NCBI GenBank assembly: GCA_963705305.1
Contig: OY970067.1
Span: forward strand, 4,160,001 to 4,224,000
DNA: 64,000 bases
Origin: an uncultured Methylomirabilota bacterium
Lineage (GTDB): Bacteria; Methylomirabilota; Methylomirabilia; Methylomirabilales; 2-02-FULL-66-22
Direction of reading: 5' to 3'
Shown: piece after piece, positions 1 to 9,312 of the stretch
Numbering within the stretch: position 1 is the stretch's first letter
Layout of the letters: each line of letters begins with the position of its first letter
Notes under the pieces: generated by a model
What the model saw: only the letters and a program-made list of their open reading frames with translations
What the model was told of the DNA's origin: nothing
The model's database searches: none
Position numbers and translations under genes: made by a program

Positions 1-674
1 CTGACCCTGCTCCTGCACGACGAGGTGGAGCGGCGGGCCCAGTCCGCCCTCCGGCTCCGCCTCCGCCGCGCGGCCTTCGATCCTGGCAAGACGCTCGAGG
101 GCTTCGACTTCGGCTTCAACCCAAAGTTGAACAAGGCCCAGGTCTTCGACCTCGCCACCTGCCAGTTCGTCGCACGGCACGAGAACGTGTTGATCTACGG
201 CCCGACCGGCGTGGGCAAGAGCCACCTGTCGCAAGCCCTGGCGCACGAGGCGTGCCGCCGCGGGTACGAGGTCCTCTTCGTGTCCACCGGGAAGCTGCTG
301 GCCCCCTGGCCGGCGGCCGGGCCGACGGCACGCTCGCCCACCGGCTGGCCAAGTACCTGCGGCCCGATGTGCTCGTCCTGGATGACTTCGGGCTGAAGGC
401 CCTCCGGGCCCCCGGCCCCGAGGACCTCTACGACATCATCCACGAGCGGTACGAGCGCGCGTCCATCGTGCTCACGAGCAACCGGGCCGTGAGCGAGTGG
501 CCGGAGATCTTCGGCGAGCCGCTCCTGGCCTCCGCGGCCTTGGATCGGCTGACCCACCGGGCCCACTTCGTGGAGATCACGGGGGCCAGCTACCGGGCCG
601 AGCAGACCAAGCAGCAGCTCGCGGCCCAGCGGCGCAGTAAGCCGTCACCGAAGCAGGAGGCACGCCCAGCGTAA
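1..674 (+). pseudogene. istB: IS21-family IstB ATPase, 5'-partial and frameshifted near 300-306
   Basis: Walker A GPTGVGKS lies in frame 1. Walker B LVLDDFG and LDRLTHRAH lie in the 252..674 frame. The frames switch in the C-run gccccctgg. Confidence 0.85.
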
Positions 675-770
675 AGGTCCGGACAACCCACTTGCGAGGG
701 ACCCGGCTACGTCCTTCGCTGGCTCACCATGGGGTGACCCTGAGTGGCTCTCAATGGCCGGCCGTTGACA
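1..770 (+). mobile_element. Right end of an IS21-family element
   Basis: istB is followed by the terminus ...gtggctctcaatggccggccgttgaca, ending in CA at 770. It cuts the minus-strand zinc-finger ORF. Confidence 0.7.
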
Positions 771-1036
771 CTAACCTGCCGGTCCCTTTCCACTTGCTGC
801 TCCCCCCGAGTGCGTCGGCTGAGGGCCGCCCGACAGCGGGGGCTGCATGCCGACCGTTGCCGGCCCACCAGGGGCACCCCGCACTCGGGGCAGACGCGAG
901 AAACCGCCTTTCCTGGGACGATCTCCGCTGGACGGCTACAGCCGGGCGGGTGTGTCCCGTTTGTTTCTGGAATCCTATCACAGATGCCCTCTGGAGCCGC
1001 ACGTTCGCTTTCTAGCAGGGGGTCAGGTATCAGCAT
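771..1036 (-). pseudogene. Small zinc-finger protein (CPEC...CSPRC), truncated by the IS21 end
   Basis: ORF 707..1036 has a CxxC-x11-CSxxC motif, and its 3' end runs into the IS terminus. Confidence 0.45.
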
Positions 1037-1061
1037 GAGCGATTCATCCTCCTAGGGGATT

Positions 1062-2235
1062 CTAGTCTAGTGTGTCATAAATACGGTGACTTATAGTACG
1101 TACTCTGGTATGCTCCTCGGTGAGGAGGAGCAAGCCATGCGTGTGGCGGTGCCGATTGTGCTGAGCCCGCAGGAACGCACCATCTTGGAACGCTGGGCAC
1201 GGGGGCGGCGCACCCCCGCGCGCCTCGTGCGCCGGGCGCAGATCGTCCTGCGCGCGGCGGCGGGGCAGCGGAACGACGAGGTCGCCCGGGCCCTGGACAC
1301 GGATCGCGAGTGTGTGGGTCGGTGGCGGACTCGCTTCGCCCAGCAGCGGCTGGCCGGGATCGAGCGGGATGCCCCGCGCCCCGGCCGGACGCCCGCCATC
1401 GCCCCGGCGGTCCTGCAGCGCATCGTCACCCTGACGACAACCAGCGCGCCGCCCGCCGCCACCCACTGGAGCACGCGGACCCTGGCGGCCGCGGTCGGCG
1501 TGAGCCCGAAGACCGTGCACCGGGTCTGGCAGGCCCACGGCCTGAAGCCGCATCGGGTCCGCCCGTTCAAGGTGAGCCGCGACCGGCGGTTCCTCGAGAA
1601 GCTGACCGATGTGGTGGGGCTGTACCTGAATCCCCCTGAGCACGCGTTGGTGCTGTGCGCCGACGAGAAGAGCCAGATCCAAGCGCTCGACCGCACCCAA
1701 CCCGGCCTCCCGCTGAAGAAGGGCCGGTGCGGCACCCTGACCCACGACTACAAGCGGAACGGCACGACCACGCTCTTCGCCGCCCTGGGGCTCGTGACGG
1801 GCCAGCTCATCGGCACGTGCCTGCCCAAGCATCGGCACCAGGAGTGGCTCCGGTTCCTCCGGCTGATCGACGCGCAGACCCCGCCCGACCTGGACCTCCA
1901 CCTGATCGTGGACAACTACGCCACCCATAAACACCCTGCGGTCCAGCGCTGGCTCGCCCGCCACCCACGCTTCCACATGCACTTCATTCCGACCAGCAGC
2001 TCGTGGTTGAATCTCATCGAGCGGTGGTTCCGGGAGCTCACGACCAAGCGGCTCCGCCGGGGCGTCTTCAAGAGCGTCGCCGACCTCATCGCCGCCATTG
2101 AGGCCTTCATCGCACACCACAACCGCCACCCCCGGTCGTTCACCTGGACGGCCAAGGTGGAGGACATCCTGGCGAAAGTCGAGCGGGCTCGAGCAGTGCT
2201 GCATAAGATGGCATCTGTGTGACACGGTAGACTAG
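1062..2235 (+). mobile_element. IS630-family insertion sequence
   Basis: Imperfect IRs ctagtctagtgtgtca / tgacacggtagactag, with CTAG at both ends, enclose the transposase. Confidence 0.9.
1137..2222 (+). CDS. IS630-family DDE transposase
   Basis: N-terminal HTH plus motifs [23 protein letters not shown] and [14 protein letters not shown] gaggaggag precedes ATG 1137. Confidence 0.95.
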   Translation: MRVAVPIVLSPQERTILERWARGRRTPARLVRRAQIVLRAAAGQRNDEVARALDTDRECVGRWRTRFAQQRLAGIERDAPRPGRTPAIAPAVLQRIVTLTTTSAPPAATHWSTRTLAAAVGVSPKTVHRVWQAHGLKPHRVRPFKVSRDRRFLEKLTDVVGLYLNPPEHALVLCADEKSQIQALDRTQPGLPLKKGRCGTLTHDYKRNGTTTLFAALGLVTGQLIGTCLPKHRHQEWLRFLRLIDAQTPPDLDLHLIVDNYATHKHPAVQRWLARHPRFHMHFIPTSSSWLNLIERWFRELTTKRLRRGVFKSVADLIAAIEAFIAHHNRHPRSFTWTAKVEDILAKVERARAVLHKMASV

Positions 2236-2461
2236 GGCAAGATTGCCAGGGCTGCCCTATGGTGGGGGTGGGAGTGTCGCTCGCCTCTGTGACCAACCGG
2301 ATCGCAATGCAGGGCCCGTCCATCCCGACTAGAGCTGTCGCGCGTGAGGTCAGGTCTCGGGGGGCCTCCCGGGGGAGGTAGTGTCCAGCGCCCATCCACC
2401 AGGGCCAGGATACCCGGGCCCGCCCACACGCCGATATGCTCAATCTTTGGTGCCTTCCGCA

Positions 2462-2803
2462 TCATTGCTCCCCGGTCGGTCCTGGCGTCGGGATCTCCAG
2501 CCGGCGCGCGAGGGCCAGGCGCCGCCTCCAGTGCTTGCCCCGGCGGATCGCCTCGGCGTACTCGGCCCGGGTGAGCAGCAAGACAGCCCCCTTGAGGCGA
2601 ATTGGAATCAAGCCGGCGGGGGCGTCTGATGGTACAAGCGCCGGTTTCTCGTTCACAAGCCCCACGGCGGCCCTCCACGTTGCCCCACGTTCAACGATCG
2701 CGCTTCCGCTTGGCCTTCGATACGGGCCTGGTGGGCGGCTGCTCGCACTTCCGGCAGAGACCGGACAGGCGCTCTGCGGGGGCCAGGGGGCCTCCGCATG
2801 CAT
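2462..2803 (-). CDS. Hypothetical protein of the integrated element
   Basis: Co-oriented with the element's minus-strand gene run; start uncertain. Confidence 0.4.
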   Translation of the reverse strand: MHAEAPWPPQSACPVSAGSASSRPPGPYRRPSGSAIVERGATWRAAVGLVNEKPALVPSDAPAGLIPIRLKGAVLLLTRAEYAEAIRRGKHWRRRLALARRLEIPTPGPTGEQ

Positions 2804-2848
2804 CGCAGCGGTCCAGGCCGCGGAAGATCAGGGGAGGCGTCCCCTTCA

Positions 2849-3391
2849 TCATGCGAGCGGCCCGGGTTCGAGGTCGGGGATCCGCGTCTCCATCGTTATG
2901 TCATGGCGCTCCGGCTTCTCCACCACGGTCGGCCGCGTGTCCGGGGCCGCGCTCTTCAAGCGCTCGGTCAACTCCCGGAGGTCCTGCTCCACGGCCGCGG
3001 CCAGCCGCCGCAGGGCGCCGATGTTGGACCGAAGGGCGTCCATGGTCGGTTTCTGCATCATCCGCAGGTGAAGGCCCTGGTAGACGTCCGAATCACTCAA
3101 GGTGTCAACCCGCCGGATGAATTCGCGGTACGCTGCTACGCCGCCGTCCATGCAGCCGGCGAGCATCCCGTCCCCGCCGAGCTGCCGAAGATGGCCCTGG
3201 AGCCCTGAGTGGACGATACCAAGCCGGGCAGCCGCGTGGAATTTTGCCTGGGCGTTCAGGAAAAGGGGGCGCACTTGGGATACCACGCTGAGGATTTCCT
3301 TGAGTCCTCGTTCCGCTTCCGCACGGGCAGGGGCCAGCGCCCGCTTGGCCTCCGCCACGGGGGCCGCGGCCTGCGCCGCGACGGTCGACAC
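2849..3391 (-). CDS. Hypothetical helical/coiled-coil protein
   Basis: 180-aa ORF with protein-like composition in the minus-strand operon. Confidence 0.65.
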   Translation of the reverse strand: MSTVAAQAAAPVAEAKRALAPARAEAERGLKEILSVVSQVRPLFLNAQAKFHAAARLGIVHSGLQGHLRQLGGDGMLAGCMDGGVAAYREFIRRVDTLSDSDVYQGLHLRMMQKPTMDALRSNIGALRRLAAAVEQDLRELTERLKSAAPDTRPTVVEKPERHDITMETRIPDLEPGPLA

Positions 3392-3433
3392 GCCTGTTGA
3401 AACTCTCTGTCGGTATTCATCGGTTTTCCCCTT

Positions 3434-3928
3434 TCACTTCATGCGCCGGCCGAGGTCGACCAGCAGTTTGATTGCCGTCACATCATCTGGGAATGCCTGC
3501 GCGACTTGCTTGATTATGCCCTCACGTCCCTTGAAGATGTCCGCCGCCGTGCGCTGGGCCAGGGCCATGTTTGCTTCATAGTCGCCGCCCCACTCCTGGC
3601 GGAGGGCCGTCACCACCTCCCGCCGGTTCTCGGTCTCTTCCGGTGTCTCGCCGGGCAAGGCGTCCGGTGTGTCCAGTTTCGCCACCGGATCGGGGGCGGG
3701 CCGAGGAAATTCGGTGTGAAGCTCTACGCCGTCGGATATGGGAACCGGCTCGCCCGGTGGGATGCGCCCATAGAGCCTATCCACATGATCCAGCGTGGCC
3801 TTGTCCCCGCGTTTCCAGCCCTGATAGTGTGGGTTCTGTGGATTCGACATGATGTCCGACAACTCCGCTTTCGCCGTTTGGTGCGCCGTCTCCTCCCGGG
3901 TGGCGCTCCCCGCTTCCTCATTCGGCAT
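3434..3928 (-). CDS. Hypothetical protein with phage capsid-scaffold-like motifs
   Basis: Contains LRQEWGGDYEANMALAQR and ELSDIMSNPQNPHY segments; RBS aggag upstream. Confidence 0.6.
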   Translation of the reverse strand: MPNEEAGSATREETAHQTAKAELSDIMSNPQNPHYQGWKRGDKATLDHVDRLYGRIPPGEPVPISDGVELHTEFPRPAPDPVAKLDTPDALPGETPEETENRREVVTALRQEWGGDYEANMALAQRTAADIFKGREGIIKQVAQAFPDDVTAIKLLVDLGRRMK

Positions 3929-3931
3929 GAC

Positions 3932-4519
3932 TCATTCTCCTTTCGTTCTGGCGGGACCGGCCCGCATGGCCTTGATGGCGCCATACGCGGTTTGTACGGC
4001 CGTCCAGGCGGTCGCGTCCCCGCCCGGGTCGGGATGCTCCCGCTTCGCGCGGGCCTTGAAGAGTAAGGTAATCACCTCTATGCTGGCCTGCGGGTGAACC
4101 CCTAACACCTTGAACGGGTCCGGCCCGTTCGGGTGCGTGCCCGATCGCCACGTCTGAGCCTCGGTCAGCAATTCACCGGCCAACTCTTCCAGTTGCGCCG
4201 GCCCGGTCAAGCGGGCCGCCAGCGCATAGGGCTTGCCCTCGGCAACGAGCTTCCGCCCGTGGGCGCCGTCTGGCCGAATCACAAAATTGATGCCGTTCAC
4301 TTCCACGAGAGCGGGAGAGGGATAGCGCGAGGTGGGGGCGCGCCTCGAAAGGGGGCCCCCGGGGGTCGTCCTGGTGAATCGACTCGCTCGTGCGAGGCCG
4401 GGGCGGGGAGCCGCGGGGCGAGGGTGAGCTCCAGCCCCCGATACGCAGCTTGTCCCCGCCACGTCCTCAAGGCCACGCGCCACGACTCGCCAGGCCGTCC
4501 GCGTATGCTCCAGGTCCAT
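3932..4519 (-). CDS. C-terminal DnaJ (J)-domain protein
   Basis: DPFKVLGV...AKREHPDPGGDATAWTAVQTAY has an intact HPD motif. Confidence 0.8.
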   Translation of the reverse strand: MDLEHTRTAWRVVARGLEDVAGTSCVSGAGAHPRPAAPRPGLARASRFTRTTPGGPLSRRAPTSRYPSPALVEVNGINFVIRPDGAHGRKLVAEGKPYALAARLTGPAQLEELAGELLTEAQTWRSGTHPNGPDPFKVLGVHPQASIEVITLLFKARAKREHPDPGGDATAWTAVQTAYGAIKAMRAGPARTKGE

Positions 4520-4887
4520 TATGCTCGGTCCTTCCACGCTTCCACGAGTCGGTCAAGGTCTGCTCGGTCAAACAGGAGTTTCCGCAGCTCGCCACCAGCC
4601 GGCAGCGGGATCCGCACCCGCTGGAGTACGTCACGAGCTGCGAGGTCATAGACGCTCGCCCCCGGCAGACTGAGATACAAGGCCGCCCCGTGCACGTCCA
4701 GGAGGCGAGGGAGTAGGGGAGCATTGGCTTCTAAAGCCACTGTTCCGATTTCTGGCCCTTTGTTCTCAAGGGCTTCCGCATCCGACGTGCCTGTAACGTG
4801 CCCATACTCGGCCTTCCGTGGCCGTCCAGGATGCGGGCGCCGGGCGCTCGGCAGGTACACGGGCTGCTCACTCACACGACACCCCAC
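4519..4887 (-). CDS. Excisionase/AlpA-like HTH DNA-binding protein (start uncertain)
   Basis: RLLDVHGAALYLSL...VYDL...LLFDRADLDRLVE matches an HTH_17-like pattern. Confidence 0.7.
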   Translation of the reverse strand: MGCRVSEQPVYLPSARRPHPGRPRKAEYGHVTGTSDAEALENKGPEIGTVALEANAPLLPRLLDVHGAALYLSLPGASVYDLAARDVLQRVRIPLPAGGELRKLLFDRADLDRLVEAWKDRA

Positions 4888-4989
4888 GGCTGGAGGCCCC
4901 CGGACAAGGCATAGTCAAGCGGCCTTGCGGCGTCCCGAAATGGCGAGGCGAGGCCGAATTTATGCCCGTCTCTGCATCTCTCTCCACAT

Positions 4990-5180
4990 GTTGGCAGTTG
5001 GCAGAGTTGGCAACAGGGGGTCCTATAGACCCCCTTGTGTTGCCACAAACTCATTTTCACGCTGCCACCAGCTTTATTCATTTCTGCGTAACCCATCAGA
5101 ATTCATACAGTTGGCAGTTGCCACAACTCCCCCTTGCCAGCTTGCCAACTCATAGGAATGCCGCTTGCGAGTTGGCAACG
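4990..5180. repeat. Candidate replication origin: TTGGCA/TGCCA(A) repeats around an inverted repeat
   Basis: About 9 copies of (g)ttggca/ttgcca in both orientations, with hairpin agggggtc-ctata-gaccccct at 5015-5035. It lies directly downstream of the helicase gene. Confidence 0.65.
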
Positions 5181-6604
5181 ACTTCCAAGGGCTTCCGCTG
5201 CCCATGATCCGTGAGCTTCTTCTCCCGGATCGCGGAGGCCGTGGCGTCCCTGGCCGTCCTGTCGGAACACCCGAACCGCTTGGACACCTCTGCGTAGAAG
5301 TCCAGGCGCTTGCCGGTCCAGACCCCGTTCAGTTCCTCACTCATCCACGCCACCAGGGCCGCAGTAGAACACAAGGTCTCGGCCTCATCCACGGGGCGGA
5401 ACACCAGGGTTTCCTTATCCAGTTCGAGCGTCAGAGGCTCTTTCCACCTCGGCGCGAAATTCGTCTTGACCAGGTTCAGCCGATAGAGGTTTGGACCGTT
5501 CTTGGATTGCTCCCGTAGGGCCAGCTCGAAATCGGCCCAGGCCCGGAGGGCCGTGGTCCCCCGACCGCGGGCGTCGTCCCCATCGGGGGCCCATCCGGCA
5601 TGATGGACGACCAGCAGCGCCGCTCCCGCCTGCCGGCAGACTTCCCGGAGCGGCACCAGCCACCGCATCATCTCCGAGCTGCTGTTCTCCTCCGCCTCGT
5701 GGAGGTACACCAGCGGATCGAAGAGCACCACGTCAACCAGGGCATGCCGACTGAGCGTCACGCCCAACCGCTTCAGGGCGCCGTCCAGCGGTCGGCCTTT
5801 CGGGCCGCCGAACCGCATGGGCTCCCGCCGCGTAAACAGGATGATGTTCTCCGGGATCTCTGCCCCGGCCAGCATCATCCGTAACCGCTCCTGCACCATG
5901 CCCGGGGCGTCCTCCACCTGGAACACCAGAACCCGCAGGGGGCGCGCCGCTGGCATCGCCTGACCCAGGGGCAACGGGAAGCCGGTCCAATGGAGCGCCA
6001 AGTTGAGACCACAGACGCTCTTGCCGTGGCCGCCTGCCCCGGTCAGGAGGCCCACGCCTACTTCCGTCAGGCCAAGGGACGGCACCAACCGGACGGCGCC
6101 AGCGAACGAGGTCCGCATGAATTCCGGGCCCGGCAACACCTCATAGGGCTGGATCTCCTCCTGCCGTTTTTCGAGTTTCCCTCGCGTACCAGGGCCGGGC
6201 ACTTCGGCTGCTGCGTCCACCGTCGTCTCCTCGCCGTGGTCGACGTCTTCCCGTTGTGCTTCCTCTCGCCCCTTGGCCCAGGCCCGGAGGGTCTTCTGCA
6301 GCTTGGTCTGATGGAGTTTCTTTTTCCCAGGTCGGCTGTAGAGGTCACAGAGTAGCCACGTCGCATCTTCGACCGAGAGTCCGGCATGCCCTGCGTGGTA
6401 GGCCAGCGCATAGGCGCGCTCGCTGTCGCTGGAGTAGCCGTCGCGCGTGCCGTCCCAGGTCTCCCGCAAGCGGGCGTTGCCCTTGAGCACGCGCTCCCCA
6501 CGCTCCGACAACTTCTCCGGCCGCTCGGGAGCGTTCACGTCGGGCCGCGCCTCATCGGCCTCCGTCCAGGGGATGCTGTCGAATTCCGTTAGATCGTAGG
6601 CCAT
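5150..6604 (-). CDS. RepA/AAA_25-type replicative helicase with an N-terminal primase C-terminal-like region
   Basis: Walker A GAGGHGKS, VED, Walker B VVLFDP, VHH and RGTTAL motifs. The N-terminal YSSDSERAYALA resembles a PriCT-like helix. Confidence 0.85.
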   Translation of the reverse strand: MAYDLTEFDSIPWTEADEARPDVNAPERPEKLSERGERVLKGNARLRETWDGTRDGYSSDSERAYALAYHAGHAGLSVEDATWLLCDLYSRPGKKKLHQTKLQKTLRAWAKGREEAQREDVDHGEETTVDAAAEVPGPGTRGKLEKRQEEIQPYEVLPGPEFMRTSFAGAVRLVPSLGLTEVGVGLLTGAGGHGKSVCGLNLALHWTGFPLPLGQAMPAARPLRVLVFQVEDAPGMVQERLRMMLAGAEIPENIILFTRREPMRFGGPKGRPLDGALKRLGVTLSRHALVDVVLFDPLVYLHEAEENSSSEMMRWLVPLREVCRQAGAALLVVHHAGWAPDGDDARGRGTTALRAWADFELALREQSKNGPNLYRLNLVKTNFAPRWKEPLTLELDKETLVFRPVDEAETLCSTAALVAWMSEELNGVWTGKRLDFYAEVSKRFGCSDRTARDATASAIREKKLTDHGQRKPLEVVANSQAAFL

Positions 6605-7182
6605 GAAACCAGCCTCACTTGACAGTCAGGATACTTGTGATTAAAGGTGCCCGGGATCCGAAGCACCCGGCTCCGATCGGTCGCCGCGGGGTCGGCCTCG
6701 AGGGCGCACACAATACCCTTGAGCCGCCCCTCGAATGCCTCATCGGCATGTACGGCCTGCTTGAGCTGCCAGTAGACGTGGTATCCACCTCCGGTGGCGA
6801 CGATCCAAGTCGGAGGCAAGGGGAATTCTCCCAGCTTCCGGAGGGCCCCCGCCTCGCCGTCCGAGAATCGCTTGAAGTCCAGGTCAGCCCATAAGCCGGG
6901 GGCATGCGTCACGCTGGTCTTGTCCCCTTGTGGCCGGATGCGAGGGCATACGCCGAAGTAACAGTCGTACTCCTCCACCAACTCACAGGCTCGCCAGTAG
7001 AGCTCGCGGGTCGCGCCCAGGGTGAAAAATTCCTGGTGGACGGCCTTGTCAGTAACGCGGATCGCGCGGAGCTTGAGGAGTTGATCAGCGGGGCAGGCGG
7101 CAAACCAGGATTCGAGAAACGTGGTCGGCCGCGGCGGGAGAGCGGTCTTGGTTGTGAGCAGGGGGACGGTCGCCGTACTCAT
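6589..7182 (-). CDS. RepB'-like archaeo-eukaryotic primase domain protein
   Basis: YFGVCPR, LWADLD, TGGGYHVYW and RVLRIPGTFNHK motifs. Confidence 0.85.
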   Translation of the reverse strand: MSTATVPLLTTKTALPPRPTTFLESWFAACPADQLLKLRAIRVTDKAVHQEFFTLGATRELYWRACELVEEYDCYFGVCPRIRPQGDKTSVTHAPGLWADLDFKRFSDGEAGALRKLGEFPLPPTWIVATGGGYHVYWQLKQAVHADEAFEGRLKGIVCALEADPAATDRSRVLRIPGTFNHKYPDCQVRLVSWPTI

Positions 7183-7382
7183 CGGCCGCTCGCGACGGCT
7201 TCTTCGAGACGGAGTTTCTCCGCCGCCGCTTCGAGTACTGTGACTAAAACGCGGCGGGCATGTCTAGGGTCCTTCGCCAACAGACGTGCCCACTGAGGCG
7301 AGACGCCAAGGCGGGCGGCGTAGTCGATAGACTGCACGCCGAGCAGCCGGGCAAGTACCAGAGGGTCGGTAGTGGTTCGCAT
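7179..7382 (-). CDS. Small HTH (Cro-like) regulator
   Basis: YAARLGVSPQWA HTH; overlaps the primase start by 4 bp. Confidence 0.65.
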   Translation of the reverse strand: MRTTTDPLVLARLLGVQSIDYAARLGVSPQWARLLAKDPRHARRVLVTVLEAAAEKLRLEEAVASGR

Positions 7383-7626
7383 GCCGCAAGGGTAGAGACA
7401 CTCCTACCCTTGGAGCAATCCCTTGGAAATTGCGCTCAGTTTCTATTTTCCAGATTTTTTGCGGGAGAGACGGAGGCCCACCGCGTTCAGGTAGCGAATC
7501 TTTCCGCGGAGGCGCTCCCGGGCTTTCGGGTCGGAGGGAATCGTTACGCTGAGGATCTTTCGGGCGACCTGCCACACGTCCATGCCGTCCTGTGTGCCCT
7601 GATATACACGTCGCGCGAGTTCTGGA

Positions 7627-8241
7627 TCAACTTGCGACTTGCCAGACTTCGGGGGCTTCGCTTGTCCCTTCGGACGTTCCTGGGGCTCGCGCGGGTAGTC
7701 GAGCGCTCTCTAGACTGGCAATCTCCAGCCAATGCTTGCGCGTGGGCATTTCGCCGGCTGGCACCTCATAGCGAAACGCACCGGTGATGCGGTCCTCGGT
7801 GATACGAATCGGATTGTCGGGGAGGGGAGTGCCGACCGTCACGGATTTCGGCACTCTCCGAGCCGCTCGGCGGAGACGTTCCCTCATTCCCTCATCTGTG
7901 GCCTCTTTTTCCAGGATGGCCAACGCCGCCTGCTGAGGTAGGAGAGGGCGATCCTCACAGACCCGATGAAACTTCGGGACGTACTCTTTGATGCGATCAA
8001 GTAGGAGCCAGGACAATTCAGCAAGCCGGTCCACTGGCTCGGGCCCCAACGCTTCCCATCGGGGTTCGAGTTTTCGCACGAGCTTATAGACCGGATGGTC
8101 ACACAAATTGAGATGCTCGGCCAGGGCGGCGGCGAAATAGTAGAAATGGCTTCTGACCTGTGGATGCTGCGTAAGCTCTAGAGCCAACTCTGCCGGCCGG
8201 ATAACCGTTCTGTCCAGAAACTTTGTTTGTCTGAGAACCAT
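7627..8241 (-). CDS. Hypothetical protein
   Basis: 204-aa ORF of lower GC with a plausible RBS (ggagag). Confidence 0.55.
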   Translation of the reverse strand: MVLRQTKFLDRTVIRPAELALELTQHPQVRSHFYYFAAALAEHLNLCDHPVYKLVRKLEPRWEALGPEPVDRLAELSWLLLDRIKEYVPKFHRVCEDRPLLPQQAALAILEKEATDEGMRERLRRAARRVPKSVTVGTPLPDNPIRITEDRITGAFRYEVPAGEMPTRKHWLEIASLESARLPARAPGTSEGTSEAPEVWQVAS

Positions 8242-8318
8242 CGCTCTCCCTGTAGAGCTCCCCTGGAGGTCTCGCGGGCCAGGTCGGCAGAGTCCGGCTT
8301 CCGGTCGCCATCAATTAG

Positions 8319-8591
8319 CTAATAGAAGGGCGTTCTGTTCTTGCGCCTTCCCCTGATGTCTGTGGCCTGCTCAAGCTCACGAATCCTTCGATCCTTCTCA
8401 AGCAGTAGTTCCTCAATCCCTGCAATCTTAGTCTTTGCTTGGGCTAGGGCGTCCAACAGTTCGGCCAGTTTCATTTTGCTCTCGGCCTTTTCGGGCGAAG
8501 CATCTGCGCGCCTGATTGACCGGGCGATCCCTGTTGCTGTCTTGATACTCGCCAGGACATCTTGAATGGAGGCCAAGTCCGACATGTCCAT
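8319..8591 (-). CDS. Coiled-coil hypothetical protein of a mobile-element type, possibly truncated
   Basis: LASIKTATGIARSI...KLAELLDALAQAK forms amphipathic helices. Confidence 0.55.
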   Translation of the reverse strand: MDMSDLASIQDVLASIKTATGIARSIRRADASPEKAESKMKLAELLDALAQAKTKIAGIEELLLEKDRRIRELEQATDIRGRRKNRTPFY

Positions 8592-8601
8592 CTCCCTGTC
8601 A

Positions 8602-8623
8602 AAACGTGCCCGCAAACGTGCCC
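8602..8623. repeat. Direct-repeat pair AAACGTGCCC (candidate integrase arm site)
   Basis: Two exact 10-mers at a 12-bp period, about 100 bp inside the att site. Confidence 0.55.
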
Positions 8624-8726
8624 ACGGCGAAAGAAAACCGCCGGAAATCACGCCACTTCAGCGGAAAGCATAGCACATAACCCCTTGTAAATACACGATA
8701 TTGAAAGGGTAGGGGAGGCCTGGCTT

Positions 8727-8774
8727 GGCCTCATAAGCCCTGTGTCGGTGGTTCGACTCCACCCGCCGCCACCA
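8727..8774 (+). repeat. 3' half of tRNA-Met/Ile2 (CAT), the att site of the left-hand element
   Basis: ctCATaa loop, T-arm ggtggttcgactccacc and terminal CCA are present; no D-arm or 5' acceptor strand upstream. Confidence 0.85.
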
Positions 8775-8820
8775 GACGTGATCGCTCGTTGACCCTCGCC
8801 AGAGGCTCTCTGGGATCGCG

Positions 8821-8846
8821 CCGGGAGGACAACCCCCGGTTTTTTT
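8821..8846 (+). terminator. Rho-independent terminator downstream of the tRNA fragment
   Basis: ccggg...cccgg stem followed by a T7 run. Confidence 0.6.
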
Positions 8847-8859
8847 ATTCCCGGACGCA

Positions 8860-9312
8860 TCAGGCGAGGTGCTCGCCCCGGTTGCGGCCTTCGGCCGCCA
8901 GCAAGCGCTGCACGGTGGTTTTCAGCAGGACCAGGGTGGCCTCCGGGTAGCGGAGCAGGAACGCGCGGAATCGCTGGTAATCGAGGCAGAGCAGCACCAC
9001 GTCGGTCGCCGCCTGGAGGGTGGCGGTGCGGGCCATATTCGAGAACATGCCATATTCGCCCAGCAGCTCTCCCCGCTCGACGGTCCGCACCGGCCGGGAT
9101 TGCCCCGGCAATACGACGTTAAGCATGCCGCTGGCCACGACATAGACACTGCCGGAGACCTCGCCCGCCTCGAACAGGATCTCTGATTCCCGCAAATGCT
9201 CCGTCCGCATCATTTCCGCGAGGGTGGCAAGCTCCGCCGGCGGAACGCCCGTGAACACCGGGCAGGCGCCCAGGACACTGGTCTTTTCGGCCATGCTCAG
9301 GGTGGTTCTCAT
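8860..9312 (-). CDS. Stand-alone cyclic-nucleotide-binding domain protein
   Basis: LFEAGEVSGSVYVVASG, GELLGEYG and RTATL motifs; no HTH. ATGA overlap with the ABC gene. Confidence 0.9.
   Translation of the reverse strand: MRTTLSMAEKTSVLGACPVFTGVPPAELATLAEMMRTEHLRESEILFEAGEVSGSVYVVASGMLNVVLPGQSRPVRTVERGELLGEYGMFSNMARTATLQAATDVVLLCLDYQRFRAFLLRYPEATLVLLKTTVQRLLAAEGRNRGEHLA

Noticed and set aside
8727..8774. Functional tRNA-Met
   Set aside because: The 5' half (acceptor strand, D-arm) is missing; this is an att duplicate.
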